This document shows, in pieces, positions 40,910 through 51,616 of a stretch of 64,000 nt of DNA. Numbering within the stretch: position 1 is the first letter of the stretch; each line of letters starts with the position of its first letter. The DNA is taken from NCBI GenBank assembly GCA_947476645.1, contig CANJRM010000007.1:686-64685 (forward strand), written 5' to 3'. The DNA is from Bacteroidota bacterium. Its GTDB lineage: Bacteria; Bacteroidota; Bacteroidia; Chitinophagales; LD1. A model generated the notes under the pieces. The model was not told where the DNA came from, did no database searches, and worked only from the letters and a program-made list of their open reading frames with translations. The position numbers and the translations under genes are program-made.

Positions 40910-42082
40910 ATGTTAGAAGCAGCCGCAAAAATATTACAAGCCACCCGCGCCAAAGACTGGCGATTGAGTTTCGTGCCGTTCATCATCGGCTGCGTTTATT
41001 TTTGGTTATGGTGGTTTCAAATTTCGTTGAGTGTTTCATCCTTACTTCTTTTTGTTTTCTCCTTCGTCACCACGTTTGGTTTCGCTGCGCTGGGTTATTT
41101 CATCAATGAATTTTTTGACAAAGCAACCGATGCCAAAGCGGGGAAAGTAAATAAGCTCGCCTTTCTTCCCGCAAAATATCAGTTGATGATATTTCTTGGT
41201 TGCGTAGCTGCAACATTTCTTCCGTGGCTTTGGTTGCCTTCAAATAGAACAACCGTTATTCTATTTGGTGTTGAAATAGGGTTATTTCTTATTTACTCAC
41301 TTCCTTTTCCGCGATTGAAACAAGTGCCGTTAATTTCCGGTTTTATTGATTCGGGGTATGCTTATGTGGTGCCTTTGTTGCTCTCCGTACACACGTATTC
41401 TCTCTTTGCAAACAGCAATCATAAGCCAATGATTATTTTTCTTTCAGCCGCAGTTTTCTTTATCGGCTTCAGAAACATAACCATTCATCACGTCAACGAT
41501 ATTTTTAAAGATATCCGCTCGCGTTCGGTTACACTTCCGCAGATAATTGGTGCGAATGCCACCAATTACTTAGTAACGATTCTGCTGCTCGAAGAAATTT
41601 TTTTAGTGATTGCCTGGACTATGGTTATTGCTTTGCAACAACCTTTGTTTTGGTTATGGCTCCTGATTTTTTCTGTCGCACTTGTTTTTCGTTACCGGTT
41701 TGTGGCTAAAGATTTTCGCCTTCAGTTTATCAGCATAGAACCTGTGCGCCATTTAACTGACCCTATTTATCAGTATGTTTTTCCTGCGTTCACTTTGTTG
41801 TTGGCAATCAGCTTCGATTATAAATGGTTAGTGCTTGTTCCATTTCATATTGCGCTACTCATCACAGAACCTATGCGCAAAAAGGCAGTGGAGGTTGCGC
41901 GTTCAAAAAGTGTAACCTATAAATATGTTATCATCGGAGCGGTGCGAGCTACGGTAATTGTTCCCGCAGGAGTTGTAGTCAACTACACTATCTATTTTGG
42001 TTTTCTTTTGGTGGGCGTAAACCTGCGTAAGGAAAATACCGATGCCATCTCATTCATTAAACGAAAATTGAACCGCCAGTAA
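40910..42082 (+). CDS. UbiA-family prenyltransferase
   Basis: INEFFDKATDAKAGK and VNDIFKDIRS…TLP Asp-rich motifs; YSLPFPRLK; many TMs. Confidence 0.8.
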   Translation: MLEAAAKILQATRAKDWRLSFVPFIIGCVYFWLWWFQISLSVSSLLLFVFSFVTTFGFAALGYFINEFFDKATDAKAGKVNKLAFLPAKYQLMIFLGCVAATFLPWLWLPSNRTTVILFGVEIGLFLIYSLPFPRLKQVPLISGFIDSGYAYVVPLLLSVHTYSLFANSNHKPMIIFLSAAVFFIGFRNITIHHVNDIFKDIRSRSVTLPQIIGANATNYLVTILLLEEIFLVIAWTMVIALQQPLFWLWLLIFSVALVFRYRFVAKDFRLQFISIEPVRHLTDPIYQYVFPAFTLLLAISFDYKWLVLVPFHIALLITEPMRKKAVEVARSKSVTYKYVIIGAVRATVIVPAGVVVNYTIYFGFLLVGVNLRKENTDAISFIKRKLNRQ

Positions 42083-44095
42083 ATGTCACCAGAGGGGAAA
42101 GGGAAAAATGTGTTTGTGTTTGTGGTGTGCGGTTCAGCAGAGCATACCGATGCTTTGCATTATTCTTTACAAGCGTTAACGAAGTTTTCAAAAGCAGAAA
42201 TTGTTGTGCTCACCGATACTTCGCGCAACGAAGAGAAAATAAATCATGCTGTAGTTATTGATGTAAAAGCGCCTGAACATTTCAATCATCATCAGGCAAG
42301 TATTTATCTCAAAACGGGAATACACAAGTTTCTTCCCTCCGGAAATAATTACTGCTACTTAGATACGGATGTAGTTGCTGTAGATGCTCATGTGGATACC
42401 ATCTTCGAACAATTTGTTGCACCCATCACCTTTGCGCCTGACCATTGCGTTACCGACCAGTTCAGTCCTTCGGCTGTTACCTGCAATTGCGCTAAAGAAT
42501 ATAACGCATGGGAGAAGGAATTGAAATTGCTTTTTATTAAACACAAAGATTTAATACGCGAACCGGAGAATGAGGAGAAGAAAAAAAACTTAGAGCAAAA
42601 GCTGGAAGCGATTAAGAAAAGCAAATGGGGCTATCGTTGGCTTTCACTTCGTTTTAATTTGTCGCGCAAAATTTTCAAGTTAGATGAAGATGCTTTTTTG
42701 AACAAGAAAGAATTTTTCTGGCACGATAAAGAAGGGGCTCCCATTCTTTACGAAAAAGGAATTCAAAGCTCCGTTGAAATAATTGAAAGCACTACCGACT
42801 ATCGCTACGAAAAAGACAATAACGAAACTTGGACTATCAACGGCAAAAATGTTTTTGATTGCCGTTGCAATCATTTAAAAGAAGCCATTAAAGAAACATT
42901 CGGAGTAGAAATTAAAAACGAAAGTTGGCAACACTGGAATGGTGGCGTTTTTCTATTCAACGACAGCAGTCACGATTTTCTGAATGCCTGGCATGAGAAG
43001 ACAATGAAAATATTTACGTTACCAAATTGGAAAACCCGCGACCAGGGAACTTTGATTGCCACTGCATGGGAATTTGGTTTGCAAAATCATCCAACACTCG
43101 CTAGAAAATATAATCTCATTGCCGATTATCTGCATCGCAATATTGAACACAAAGGCAATTTGCTTTTTGCGTTTAAGAAAGAAGCAGAGGAAGTGCGTCC
43201 GCATTTTCTGCACGTGTATCATCACTGGGCAGATAAGCGCTGGGATGTGTGGCAGGCATTGGAGCGCGCAACCGGAATAGAGATTGACCCGGATAGTCAA
43301 ACCTTCAATTCGCTATGGATTGGAAAAACGTTAAGCAAGTTAGAACTGCTCACGATTCATTCCTTTCTCGCTTTGGGTTATCGTTTTCGGTTATGGATTT
43401 ACGAACCGTTGGAAACTGTTTTGCCTGAAGGAGTAATTGTAGGTGATGCTTCCACCATTGTTCCGCGCGAGAAAGTTTTTTCTTACCGCAACAAAAACAA
43501 ATACGGACACGGCAAGGGAAGTTACGCGGGCTTCTCCGATATTTTCCGTTATAAACTATTGTATGAAAAAGGCGGCTGGTGGGTAGATATGGATGTGAGT
43601 TGTTTAAAGCCGTTAGATTTTACGGCACCTTATTTTTTCAGAAATCACCATGAATTAAAAGTTGTAGGCAACGTAATGAAATGCCCGAAAAATTCGGAGT
43701 TGATGAAGCGTTGTTACGATGAAGCAATAGAATCTGTAACGGCTGACAATACCGATTGGCACAAACCCATTGACATTCTCAATGAGAATATTTCGAAACT
43801 TCATTTGGAAAAATACATACAGCCGAACATAAGCAATGAAGACAAGTGGGAGGTAACGAGTCAATTTATTTGGGGCGAAGAAAATTTTCCTGACTCTTGG
43901 TTTTTTGTTCACTGGCAAAATGAAGAATGGCGATTGAAGCGGGTGAGCAAAAATGAATTCTATTATAAATCGGCATTGGCAAAATTAATGCGCGAACATG
44001 CGCTGACTGAAATTCCAAAATCGCGTTTCGAGGAAATACTAAATTCGGTGAAGCATAGTGCGTTTGTTCGCAAGCTTTCTGTTTTCAAAAACTAA
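42083..44095 (+). CDS. Two-domain GT-A glycosyltransferase (GT8-like + GT32-like)
   Basis: N-domain YLDTD, WNGGV, RDQG; C-domain SDIFRYKLLYEKGGWWVDMD. Confidence 0.8.
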   Translation: MSPEGKGKNVFVFVVCGSAEHTDALHYSLQALTKFSKAEIVVLTDTSRNEEKINHAVVIDVKAPEHFNHHQASIYLKTGIHKFLPSGNNYCYLDTDVVAVDAHVDTIFEQFVAPITFAPDHCVTDQFSPSAVTCNCAKEYNAWEKELKLLFIKHKDLIREPENEEKKKNLEQKLEAIKKSKWGYRWLSLRFNLSRKIFKLDEDAFLNKKEFFWHDKEGAPILYEKGIQSSVEIIESTTDYRYEKDNNETWTINGKNVFDCRCNHLKEAIKETFGVEIKNESWQHWNGGVFLFNDSSHDFLNAWHEKTMKIFTLPNWKTRDQGTLIATAWEFGLQNHPTLARKYNLIADYLHRNIEHKGNLLFAFKKEAEEVRPHFLHVYHHWADKRWDVWQALERATGIEIDPDSQTFNSLWIGKTLSKLELLTIHSFLALGYRFRLWIYEPLETVLPEGVIVGDASTIVPREKVFSYRNKNKYGHGKGSYAGFSDIFRYKLLYEKGGWWVDMDVSCLKPLDFTAPYFFRNHHELKVVGNVMKCPKNSELMKRCYDEAIESVTADNTDWHKPIDILNENISKLHLEKYIQPNISNEDKWEVTSQFIWGEENFPDSWFFVHWQNEEWRLKRVSKNEFYYKSALAKLMREHALTEIPKSRFEEILNSVKHSAFVRKLSVFKN

Positions 44096-44098
44096 TCC

Positions 44099-45661
44099 AT
44101 GCAACTTTCCAAAAAAGTTATTGCCCGCTATAATTCTTCGCGATTCAACACCGATAAAGCGGTGGTTTGTCATGCGCCTTTTGTCAATTTAAATTTTGAA
44201 CAGAATGGAAATGTGCGTGCCTGTTGTTATAACTCTAAGCACGTGCTTGGCACCTGGCCCGCAAACAAAATCAAAGATATTTGGCGGAGCAAACAGGCTG
44301 AAGATTTGCGACAATATGTTTTGGCAAATGATTTAGGTGGTGGATGTAAAGAGTGCGGCAATATGTTAGTGTCGGAAAATTTTCAGGGAGTGCGTGCGCG
44401 GTATTACGATGAGTTTGCCAAGGGAAATGTTTCAGAAAAATTGCAGCGGTGGTATGAAAACCTTAGCGGCTCGTTGCGTTACCCGAAGGTGATGGAGTTT
44501 GAGTTGAGTAACGAATGCAATCTGGAATGTGTAATGTGCAACGGCTATTTTTCATCAAGCATACGCAAGAACCGTGAAAAATTACCGCCAATAAAATCGG
44601 TTTATGATGAACGGTTTGTAGATGAACTCGATGAATTTATTCCGCACTTAACCGATGCGAAGTTCTTAGGCGGTGAACCGTTTATGATTGATATCTATCT
44701 GAAAATATGGGAACGCATTCTAAAAATAAAGCCAGGTATTCGCATTCACATTACTACTAACGCTACCTTTTTAAATAAGCGTGTTAAGGATTTGCTCGAG
44801 GGTTTAAATGCGGGAATTATTTTGTCGATTGATTCGGTGAATCCAGACACCTACAAAAAAATTAGAGTCAACGGCAACTTTGATAAAGTGATGGAGAACC
44901 TGGAATATTTTCGTGATTACACAGCGCGCAAAAGAACTTTTCTTTCTCTGGCTGCTTGTCCTATTACTTACAACTGGCGGGAGTTGCCGCAGTTGCTTTC
45001 CTTTTGCATAGAGAAAAATATTGCTCTTTATTTCAACGCAGTTTTTTCTCCGGCAGATTTATCGTTACGCGAACAATCTCCCGAATATCTTGCCGATGTA
45101 ATTCGCGTTTTAGAATTGCATCCGTTGCCAACCAAAACAGGCAGCGATACTTCACCTGCAAACTTGAGTATTCGTGCTTATGCAGATTTTATCAATTTGC
45201 TGCGCGGATGGCTAAAAGAAAAAAGCGAAGCCGTTCAACCAACAAATACCAACGGTTATTCAAGCATTGATACTGTTTTTGTAAAAGAAGAAATTGAAAA
45301 CTGGACGTTAGAAGAGATACACGAAAAGCTGCTTGACTTTGTAAACGTAGATGGCAAAGGATACATTGATAAGGAAACTGTTTTGCTCAACCGCATCTCC
45401 AATTTATTTATTGCTACACCATCAGGAATATTGTATGAAGTGATTGAATGCTACTTTAAGATTTACGCAGAGAAAAATAAGGTAGATGGAAATGTAGCAG
45501 AAGAGAAAGCAAAGATTATTGCCGATATGATTGAGAGCCATCCTAAACGTGAAGACATATTGTTTATGATGTCGAAAGCATCGCCACTTAAATTAGCCGA
45601 AGGATTTTATGCTATGAACAACGAAGAATTAGCAGAGCAGTTGAAAATGGTTTTCAATTAG
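44099..45661 (+). CDS. Radical SAM enzyme with N-terminal twitch/SPASM domain
   Basis: CHAPF…ACC…CKEC, then ELSNECNLECVMC and GGEP. Confidence 0.88.
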   Translation: MQLSKKVIARYNSSRFNTDKAVVCHAPFVNLNFEQNGNVRACCYNSKHVLGTWPANKIKDIWRSKQAEDLRQYVLANDLGGGCKECGNMLVSENFQGVRARYYDEFAKGNVSEKLQRWYENLSGSLRYPKVMEFELSNECNLECVMCNGYFSSSIRKNREKLPPIKSVYDERFVDELDEFIPHLTDAKFLGGEPFMIDIYLKIWERILKIKPGIRIHITTNATFLNKRVKDLLEGLNAGIILSIDSVNPDTYKKIRVNGNFDKVMENLEYFRDYTARKRTFLSLAACPITYNWRELPQLLSFCIEKNIALYFNAVFSPADLSLREQSPEYLADVIRVLELHPLPTKTGSDTSPANLSIRAYADFINLLRGWLKEKSEAVQPTNTNGYSSIDTVFVKEEIENWTLEEIHEKLLDFVNVDGKGYIDKETVLLNRISNLFIATPSGILYEVIECYFKIYAEKNKVDGNVAEEKAKIIADMIESHPKREDILFMMSKASPLKLAEGFYAMNNEELAEQLKMVFN

Positions 45662-47112
45662 TGCGGTGCCTGTTGCAGCATGTGCACTTCAAAATTTTCT
45701 ACCAAAGCATTTACCGTTTTGCTATCGAGCGTGGTGTAAAGTATATCAGCAGGTGTTTGAAATACAGAGCGGTAAAAATTTATTTCTCCATTTCGCTCTT
45801 TCAGCAAATTTTCAATTTGCTCTAACTTTTTAAAAAGCTGTTGCAAGCGATATTTTTTCTGTTCTTCTCCCTCATTAAAACTAGCGTAAATAAAATCGGT
45901 CATGTTCTTCTCTAAGATTTTTTTCGCATCATCTTCCACTATAGTTTCCGGTTCAGGCACTTGTTGACTTTCTCTTTCTTCTGCTTCGCGCAGCCAGTTT
46001 TTTATTTGAACGTTTACCAGGTTATTATAGATGCCCGTATTGAAACCCGCCAGCGAATTGGAAGTTTCTTCTTTGGTAAATTTTATTTCGCGCAGCGTAT
46101 TGTAAACTTTAGAAAGCTCTGCATGCGGCAAAGACCATATAGCCCATTCGGCAGGGCGGTGAATAGTATTGAACCAAAGATTGATGTTGTGTTTATTGAC
46201 AAAGCGAATGAACTCCGGCATTTCGTGCCAGTTATTGCGCATGGGGTTTACCATCAGGCACATGGTTCTGTTATTCTCTTTGGTGTACTGCCGATAAAAA
46301 AGAAAATGTTCCATCACTCTATCGAAGTGCGCATTCACGCGAATGGTTTCGTAAATGTCGGGGGTGAGTGAATCGAGGGAGAAGTTGATATGAATGTTCA
46401 ACTTGTTTAACCACTCTTTCACTTTGTAATTCATTAAGGTACCGTTAGTAGCGATAACAATCTTCAGTTTCGGATTTAGTTTCTCAACCTTTTCAAAAAT
46501 TTTGAACACTTCATTGATTAAAAAAGGTTCACCGCCATTAAAGCGCAACTCTTTTAAGTGCGGAATAAATTCTTCCAACTGCTCTACAAAATTATCATCA
46601 TACGCGTTTTTCATGGCGGGCAACCGCTCTCTGTTTTTGCGAATGCTTGAGGAGAGTTCGCCAATACACATCACACATTCTAAGTTGCAAGTGTTCGATA
46701 ACTCTAACTCCATCATGCTTGGATATTCTGCCGGAGCGTTAACATCATAAGCACGCGCTAAGACCGAAGTATGATTTCCGCCTTGTAAATTTTTTAAACA
46801 TACATTGCACTTGTGCGTGAGGTCGTACTTCAATAAATGATTGCGAAGCGTTTGATATTTTTCGCCAAACCAAATTTCGCGAATAGATTTTGTGGGGTAG
46901 TTATCGGGCTCTAAAAACGTGAGCCAGCAAGGTGCACAATCACCATGCACATTGAAATACATATTGCTGAACGGGGCATGGCAAATGTGCGTAGAGTTTG
47001 GTTTGCTACGTGCCGCGTTGTAAGCACTCACCATTTCGCTGCTCAACCCCGGTCCCGATTTTTTTTCAGTGGTGTATAGCTTGCTCAGTAATTTGTAAAC
47101 CGTTTGTTTCAT
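45658..47112 (-). CDS. Radical SAM enzyme with N-terminal twitch/SPASM domain
   Basis: CHAPF…PCW…CNVC, then ELSNTCNLECVMC and GGEP. Confidence 0.88.
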   Translation of the reverse strand: MKQTVYKLLSKLYTTEKKSGPGLSSEMVSAYNAARSKPNSTHICHAPFSNMYFNVHGDCAPCWLTFLEPDNYPTKSIREIWFGEKYQTLRNHLLKYDLTHKCNVCLKNLQGGNHTSVLARAYDVNAPAEYPSMMELELSNTCNLECVMCIGELSSSIRKNRERLPAMKNAYDDNFVEQLEEFIPHLKELRFNGGEPFLINEVFKIFEKVEKLNPKLKIVIATNGTLMNYKVKEWLNKLNIHINFSLDSLTPDIYETIRVNAHFDRVMEHFLFYRQYTKENNRTMCLMVNPMRNNWHEMPEFIRFVNKHNINLWFNTIHRPAEWAIWSLPHAELSKVYNTLREIKFTKEETSNSLAGFNTGIYNNLVNVQIKNWLREAEERESQQVPEPETIVEDDAKKILEKNMTDFIYASFNEGEEQKKYRLQQLFKKLEQIENLLKERNGEINFYRSVFQTPADILYTTLDSKTVNALVENFEVHMLQQAPH

Positions 47113-48632
47113 TATGCCTTTACTGCCTGTTCGTGATATTTTAAAAGCGATGCACGGCTTAATTCTCTTAATTCTTCTTCCGATGTATTTTGCATGCTTG
47201 TCAAAATTTGCCCTAAATCCGATTGGTACATATAACCTCTGAGAATACTCTTTTCGTCTTCGGTAAAGTCGGAAAACACGGTATCGAGTTTGCGTAAAAA
47301 AATTTCTTTCGGAAGAATTTGAGCGAGCTTTTCATCGGCTGTATACTGCTCGTTTACGCGTTCTAGAAATTGGGAGGATGAAACCGGTTCTGCCTGTTGC
47401 CATGTTTTATTATTCTGACCGCCCTGTTCGGGAAGCAGTAACACCTGTGGATTAAAATCGTAATCGCGGTATTTTTTTACATCGGTGTTTTCAATGTAGG
47501 TATCTAAGTAATGTTTGAAATCTTCGAAACACTTGGCGTTGTGTCTTTCTTTCTGCGTACGTTCAGGGAACGAAAAGCCCTCCATATAAGCCCGCACTTT
47601 TTTGAGTTCGTCTTTGCTTAAATCGGTAATGGAAAAATGCACGGGGCGCTCGAGGTAGCTCACGTAGATATAGGCATTTACTTCGTTGCAAAGGTTGATG
47701 ATGAGGGGCATTTGCTCCCAGTTATCTTTTTGCACGGTAAAACTGAGCGAAAGATGTTTGCCCTTGCGGGTGCATATTTCGCTGAAGCGTTTGATATTGT
47801 CCATCAGCTTTTCCTGAATAACATTTTTGCGGATGCGCTCGAGTTTTTCTTTGTCGAAAGCATCGATGGAAATAGCTACATCAAAATTCATTTCGGTAAT
47901 CAGCTTTTCAATTTTGCTGTTCCAGTGACTGCCGTTGGTAATCACAAACAAATCGAGATTTGGATTGAGTTCTTTCACCTTGTCCCATATTTTGTAGTAG
48001 ACAGGAATTAGAAACGGTTCGCCTCCGTAGAACTTGGCTTCTTTTAATGTGGGAATGTATTTTTCTAATTGTGTTACAAAAGCATCATCATAATGCATAG
48101 GCAACGGTGGAAGTTTATCTCTGTTCTTTCTGATGCTCGATGAAACTTCGCCATGACACATCTGACATTCGAGGTTGCATTCATTGCTTAACTCAAATTC
48201 AAATACCTGCGGAAAAGCCGCATCCATGTTCTTGTAATACTTATCGAAAACGAGCGGACGAAGATTGGTGAACTTTCCCTTATCGAAAAAGTATTTGCAA
48301 TGGCGGCAACCGTAATCGAGGTCGTTGTGAAACATGTGCTCGCGAAGTTTTTTGGCTTCGGCACCGTTCCATATTTCATCGATGGTGTTGTGTGGGTATT
48401 TACCCAGCAATATGTCGCGGTTATAAGAGCAAACAAACACTTGCCCGCCAAACGAAAAAGTCAAACTGTTGAAAGGCAGATAACAGAAAACAGGCTTAGC
48501 TCCATTGGGGCGAAAACGATTGAACTGATTATACAATTTGCGGTCAATGGGATGGTAGCCCTTTGCCTCCGCATCTTTATATTTTTTATCAAGTTGAAAG
48601 GACGTCCTTATTGCTTCTACAAAATCAATCAT
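47112..48632 (-). CDS. Radical SAM enzyme with N-terminal twitch/SPASM domain
   Basis: Start ATG 48632 (MIDFVEAIR) in ATGA overlap with the SGNH stop; CYLPF…VCS…CRHC; ELSNECNLECQMC; GGEP. Confidence 0.88.
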   Translation of the reverse strand: MIDFVEAIRTSFQLDKKYKDAEAKGYHPIDRKLYNQFNRFRPNGAKPVFCYLPFNSLTFSFGGQVFVCSYNRDILLGKYPHNTIDEIWNGAEAKKLREHMFHNDLDYGCRHCKYFFDKGKFTNLRPLVFDKYYKNMDAAFPQVFEFELSNECNLECQMCHGEVSSSIRKNRDKLPPLPMHYDDAFVTQLEKYIPTLKEAKFYGGEPFLIPVYYKIWDKVKELNPNLDLFVITNGSHWNSKIEKLITEMNFDVAISIDAFDKEKLERIRKNVIQEKLMDNIKRFSEICTRKGKHLSLSFTVQKDNWEQMPLIINLCNEVNAYIYVSYLERPVHFSITDLSKDELKKVRAYMEGFSFPERTQKERHNAKCFEDFKHYLDTYIENTDVKKYRDYDFNPQVLLLPEQGGQNNKTWQQAEPVSSSQFLERVNEQYTADEKLAQILPKEIFLRKLDTVFSDFTEDEKSILRGYMYQSDLGQILTSMQNTSEEELRELSRASLLKYHEQAVKA

Positions 48633-48678
48633 TCGCGCTGTGTTTTTAGCGAATCCAAAATAGGGAATATTTCGGGAT
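48580..48678. repeat. 99-bp imperfect direct repeat, copy A
   Basis: Ungapped match to 49936..50034, 80/99 identical by hand count. Confidence 0.9.
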
Positions 48679-49930
48679 AACTGCGCTGTAAGCCGGCATA
48701 CACCCCTTTTGCCATGGCGCTGTAACCCCTTGCATTGTGGTGCCCGTCTATAGGCCAATAGTATTGCACCGAGTTTTCTTTTTTCATGTGAAGCGAATCG
48801 CGATAGTAAGGCAATAAATCCATTCTTTTAAAAACCGGAATGGTATCTGCCATTGTTTCAAAGAAGGTGAAATCGTTATCGTAGCTATTTAGGTCTACTT
48901 CATAGCGTTCGGGTTTTTTCAGGAGCAGCACCCGTATATTGTTTTGGCGCGCCACTTCGGCTATCTGTAAAAAGGTTTCGTTCCATTTGGGCTCTAACTG
49001 TTTTATACGGTCGGCTTTTTGCTGTGGCGATAAAAAAAAGTTTAGCCACGAAACATCGAAAAGCGAATTGGCAAAAAGCCGGAAAAGATAACTGCCCGCA
49101 TACATCCATTCCCATTCAGGACCATCGAACCCTTTCCAGTAATCGCCTTTAAAACGCTCTAAGCCCCCGCGGGTTAAAAAATCGGTATTGAGGTCGCCTG
49201 AGCCATAGCTGAGCACCAGAATATCGGGTTTAAAATTTTGCCCTACTCCCTTCAGTTCTTTGGTATAAAAACCGGGGTCGTTTCCGCAAATACCAAAGTT
49301 TTGAATGGTAATGCGGTTATTGGCATTGGCATTAATAAGTTGACGCAACTGTGCGGGGTAGCAGGAATCTGCCGGTGCGCCATCGCCTTCGGTAAACGAG
49401 TCGCCATAGGTTTGCACAATAATTTCGTCCGTCTTTTTTTGCGACACAAAATCAACATCGCTAAAGCCGTAGTTATTATGGTGGCGCGGGTAACGATATT
49501 CCGAAGCAATGAGGAAAGTATTGGTATGCGGTTCGTTAATGAGCATGGGGTGCTTGTCGAGCTTTACATAGGCGGTTACATACTTGCCATTTCGGCTTTC
49601 TATGTAGGCTTTGTTAACCCCTAAGGCGCGCAGCGCCAGTTCGGCAATAAACAAACTGAAAATCAACGTAAAAAATACCGTGGCTGTTTGCTGGGTGGTT
49701 TCTTTGGTAAGCTGTAAAAACGAAAGCACCAGCAGCAACAGGCCGGTGGCAATAAGCGCCATGGAAAAAAAACAGAACAAGCCATGCAGCAGCCCGAAAG
49801 CGGCATAGGGTTTTTCGAAATACCAGTACATAAAATACAGACCAAAAATTCCTGCTGCGGTAATTACAAGGGCTATTATTTTTTTAAATACAGGCGATAA
49901 CCGAATGCTTTTAAGCGTGCTCATGCCCAT
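48629..49930 (-). CDS. Membrane-anchored SGNH/GDSL protein
   Basis: N-terminal TMs; YGDSFTEG, NFGICGND, DGHHN. ATG 49930 or 49924 preferred. Confidence 0.85.
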   Translation of the reverse strand: MGMSTLKSIRLSPVFKKIIALVITAAGIFGLYFMYWYFEKPYAAFGLLHGLFCFFSMALIATGLLLLVLSFLQLTKETTQQTATVFFTLIFSLFIAELALRALGVNKAYIESRNGKYVTAYVKLDKHPMLINEPHTNTFLIASEYRYPRHHNNYGFSDVDFVSQKKTDEIIVQTYGDSFTEGDGAPADSCYPAQLRQLINANANNRITIQNFGICGNDPGFYTKELKGVGQNFKPDILVLSYGSGDLNTDFLTRGGLERFKGDYWKGFDGPEWEWMYAGSYLFRLFANSLFDVSWLNFFLSPQQKADRIKQLEPKWNETFLQIAEVARQNNIRVLLLKKPERYEVDLNSYDNDFTFFETMADTIPVFKRMDLLPYYRDSLHMKKENSVQYYWPIDGHHNARGYSAMAKGVYAGLQRSYPEIFPILDSLKTQRE

Positions 49931-49935
49931 AGCTG

Positions 49936-50034
49936 TATTTTTTATCGGGCTGAAGAGATGTTTTAACGGCTTCGAAAAAATCAATCATTCAGGCTGTGTT
50001 TTTAGCGAATCCAAAGTAGAAAATATTTCGAGAT
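49936..50034. repeat. 99-bp imperfect direct repeat, copy B (decayed copy of the radical SAM 5' end)
   Basis: Minus-strand mini-ORF 49988..49911 MIDFFEAVKTSLQPDKKY… matches MIDFVEAIRTSFQLDKKY. Confidence 0.9.
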
Positions 50035-50120
50035 TGCACTATGTTATAGCAGGCTTGGCGCAAGCAAAGCATATAATTCAGCCAATTTAAATATATTGCT
50101 CTTTCTATTTTCTGTAAAAT

Positions 50121-51413
50121 ATGCAATTACTAACTTCATTAAAATCATACTACTCCGGAGTTCTGGTTAATCACAGCTGGAAGTTGAATAAATCGAAAGT
50201 ATTTTGCATGGCCCCATGGATTCAACTGCATGCACAGACAAACGGTAAGGTTGCTCCCTGCTGTATGTCTGCCATGAATTTGGGTAATGAGTTAGGTGAT
50301 TTGAAAGATGACCCCAATCTGGGAAATGTGTGGAATTCAGATGCTATGAAACAGTTGCGAAAAAACATGCTTTGCGGTAAAAAGAGTTCCATTTGCAAGA
50401 ACTGTTATGACTACGAAAAAATGGGCAAGTTCAGCGAACGGATGCAGTACAATAAAGATCACAAGAGCTACTATTCTAGGGTAAAAGCAACTTTGCCCGA
50501 TGGTAGTTTAACCGAATTGAGCGTTCCGCTGATTGATATCCGGTTCAGTAATAAATGCAATTATAAGTGCCGTATATGCGACAGCGAATACAGTACGCAG
50601 TGGTACGAGGAACAGATAAAGCTGGGCAAGCCACTTAAGTCAGGAATAGTTATTTCTAAGGAAATGAAAGTTGCTGACAACAAAATCGAATTTTGGAATT
50701 CTTATACCCGTTTATTGAGCGGAGTTAAGAGACTACATTTTGCCGGAGGAGAGCCTTTGTTTATGGACGAGCATTATAAGGCGCTGGAGCATTTAATTGC
50801 TATCGGAAGAACCGATGTGACGCTCAGCTATAATACCAACTTTTCAATTCTTCGATACAAACAACATAACCTGATTGACCTTTGGAATAAATTTACCAAG
50901 GTTGATGTTTGGGCTAGTTTAGATGGCATGGGTGAACAGGGGGATTACCAACGCAAAGGACAGAATTGGAAAAAAATTGAAGAGAATATAAGGTTGGTTC
51001 AAAAGGAATGTACCACCGTTCTTTTCGGAGTTAATGTAACCGTGAGTATTTTTAATATTCTTCACGTGCCCGCTTTTTACCGGTATATGGTAGAGAACAA
51101 ATTTGTGCAGCCTGGACGCATGAATCTGTATTTGCTGTTTGAACCTTCGTATATGAACATTACCAATTTGCCTTTGCCTATTAAACAAAAAGCGATAGCG
51201 CAATTTGAGGAATTAGATAAAAACTATTTAAGCAACCTGACCGATGCCTCAAAAATACGCAACCACATAAAAGCGGTTATTACTTACATGATGAGTTCAC
51301 AAGGTAATGAGCAAAAAGAATTTCAACATTGGGTTAGTGCGATAGATGCTTTGCGCGAAGAAAATTTTGGTTCGGTTTTTCCTGAACTAAAGGAATTGAT
51401 GGCTATTTCGTGA
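50121..51413 (+). CDS. Twitch-domain radical SAM enzyme
   Basis: FCMAPW…PCC…CKNC; RFSNKCNYKCRIC; FAGGEP. Confidence 0.88.
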   Translation: MQLLTSLKSYYSGVLVNHSWKLNKSKVFCMAPWIQLHAQTNGKVAPCCMSAMNLGNELGDLKDDPNLGNVWNSDAMKQLRKNMLCGKKSSICKNCYDYEKMGKFSERMQYNKDHKSYYSRVKATLPDGSLTELSVPLIDIRFSNKCNYKCRICDSEYSTQWYEEQIKLGKPLKSGIVISKEMKVADNKIEFWNSYTRLLSGVKRLHFAGGEPLFMDEHYKALEHLIAIGRTDVTLSYNTNFSILRYKQHNLIDLWNKFTKVDVWASLDGMGEQGDYQRKGQNWKKIEENIRLVQKECTTVLFGVNVTVSIFNILHVPAFYRYMVENKFVQPGRMNLYLLFEPSYMNITNLPLPIKQKAIAQFEELDKNYLSNLTDASKIRNHIKAVITYMMSSQGNEQKEFQHWVSAIDALREENFGSVFPELKELMAIS

Positions 51414-51616
51414 TTGAACTGTAACCAGTCATTAACTCCATTCAGGTGCTGGTGACAAAATCATAACCGTAATAAAGGGCAACTAACAGAATAATTTCAT
51501 TTTTCAGTTTCAATAATGGGCCAATTTTTGTCGAATTTATTCTTTCGAGGTACCATAAGAACCGGTCTTCAGCCGGGTGTCAAATTGATTTCTACATTCA
51601 CATCAAAATTTATGTC

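Noticed and set aside
31480-42082. Hapalindole/welwitindolinone-type cluster
   Set aside because: No isonitrile synthase, Stig cyclase or tryptophan genes are visible, and the prenyltransferase is UbiA-type.
48633-48758. 42-aa N-terminal extension of the radical SAM ORF in the track
   Set aside because: It overlaps the SGNH gene in another frame. The ATGA junction and the duplicated MIDF start support 48632.
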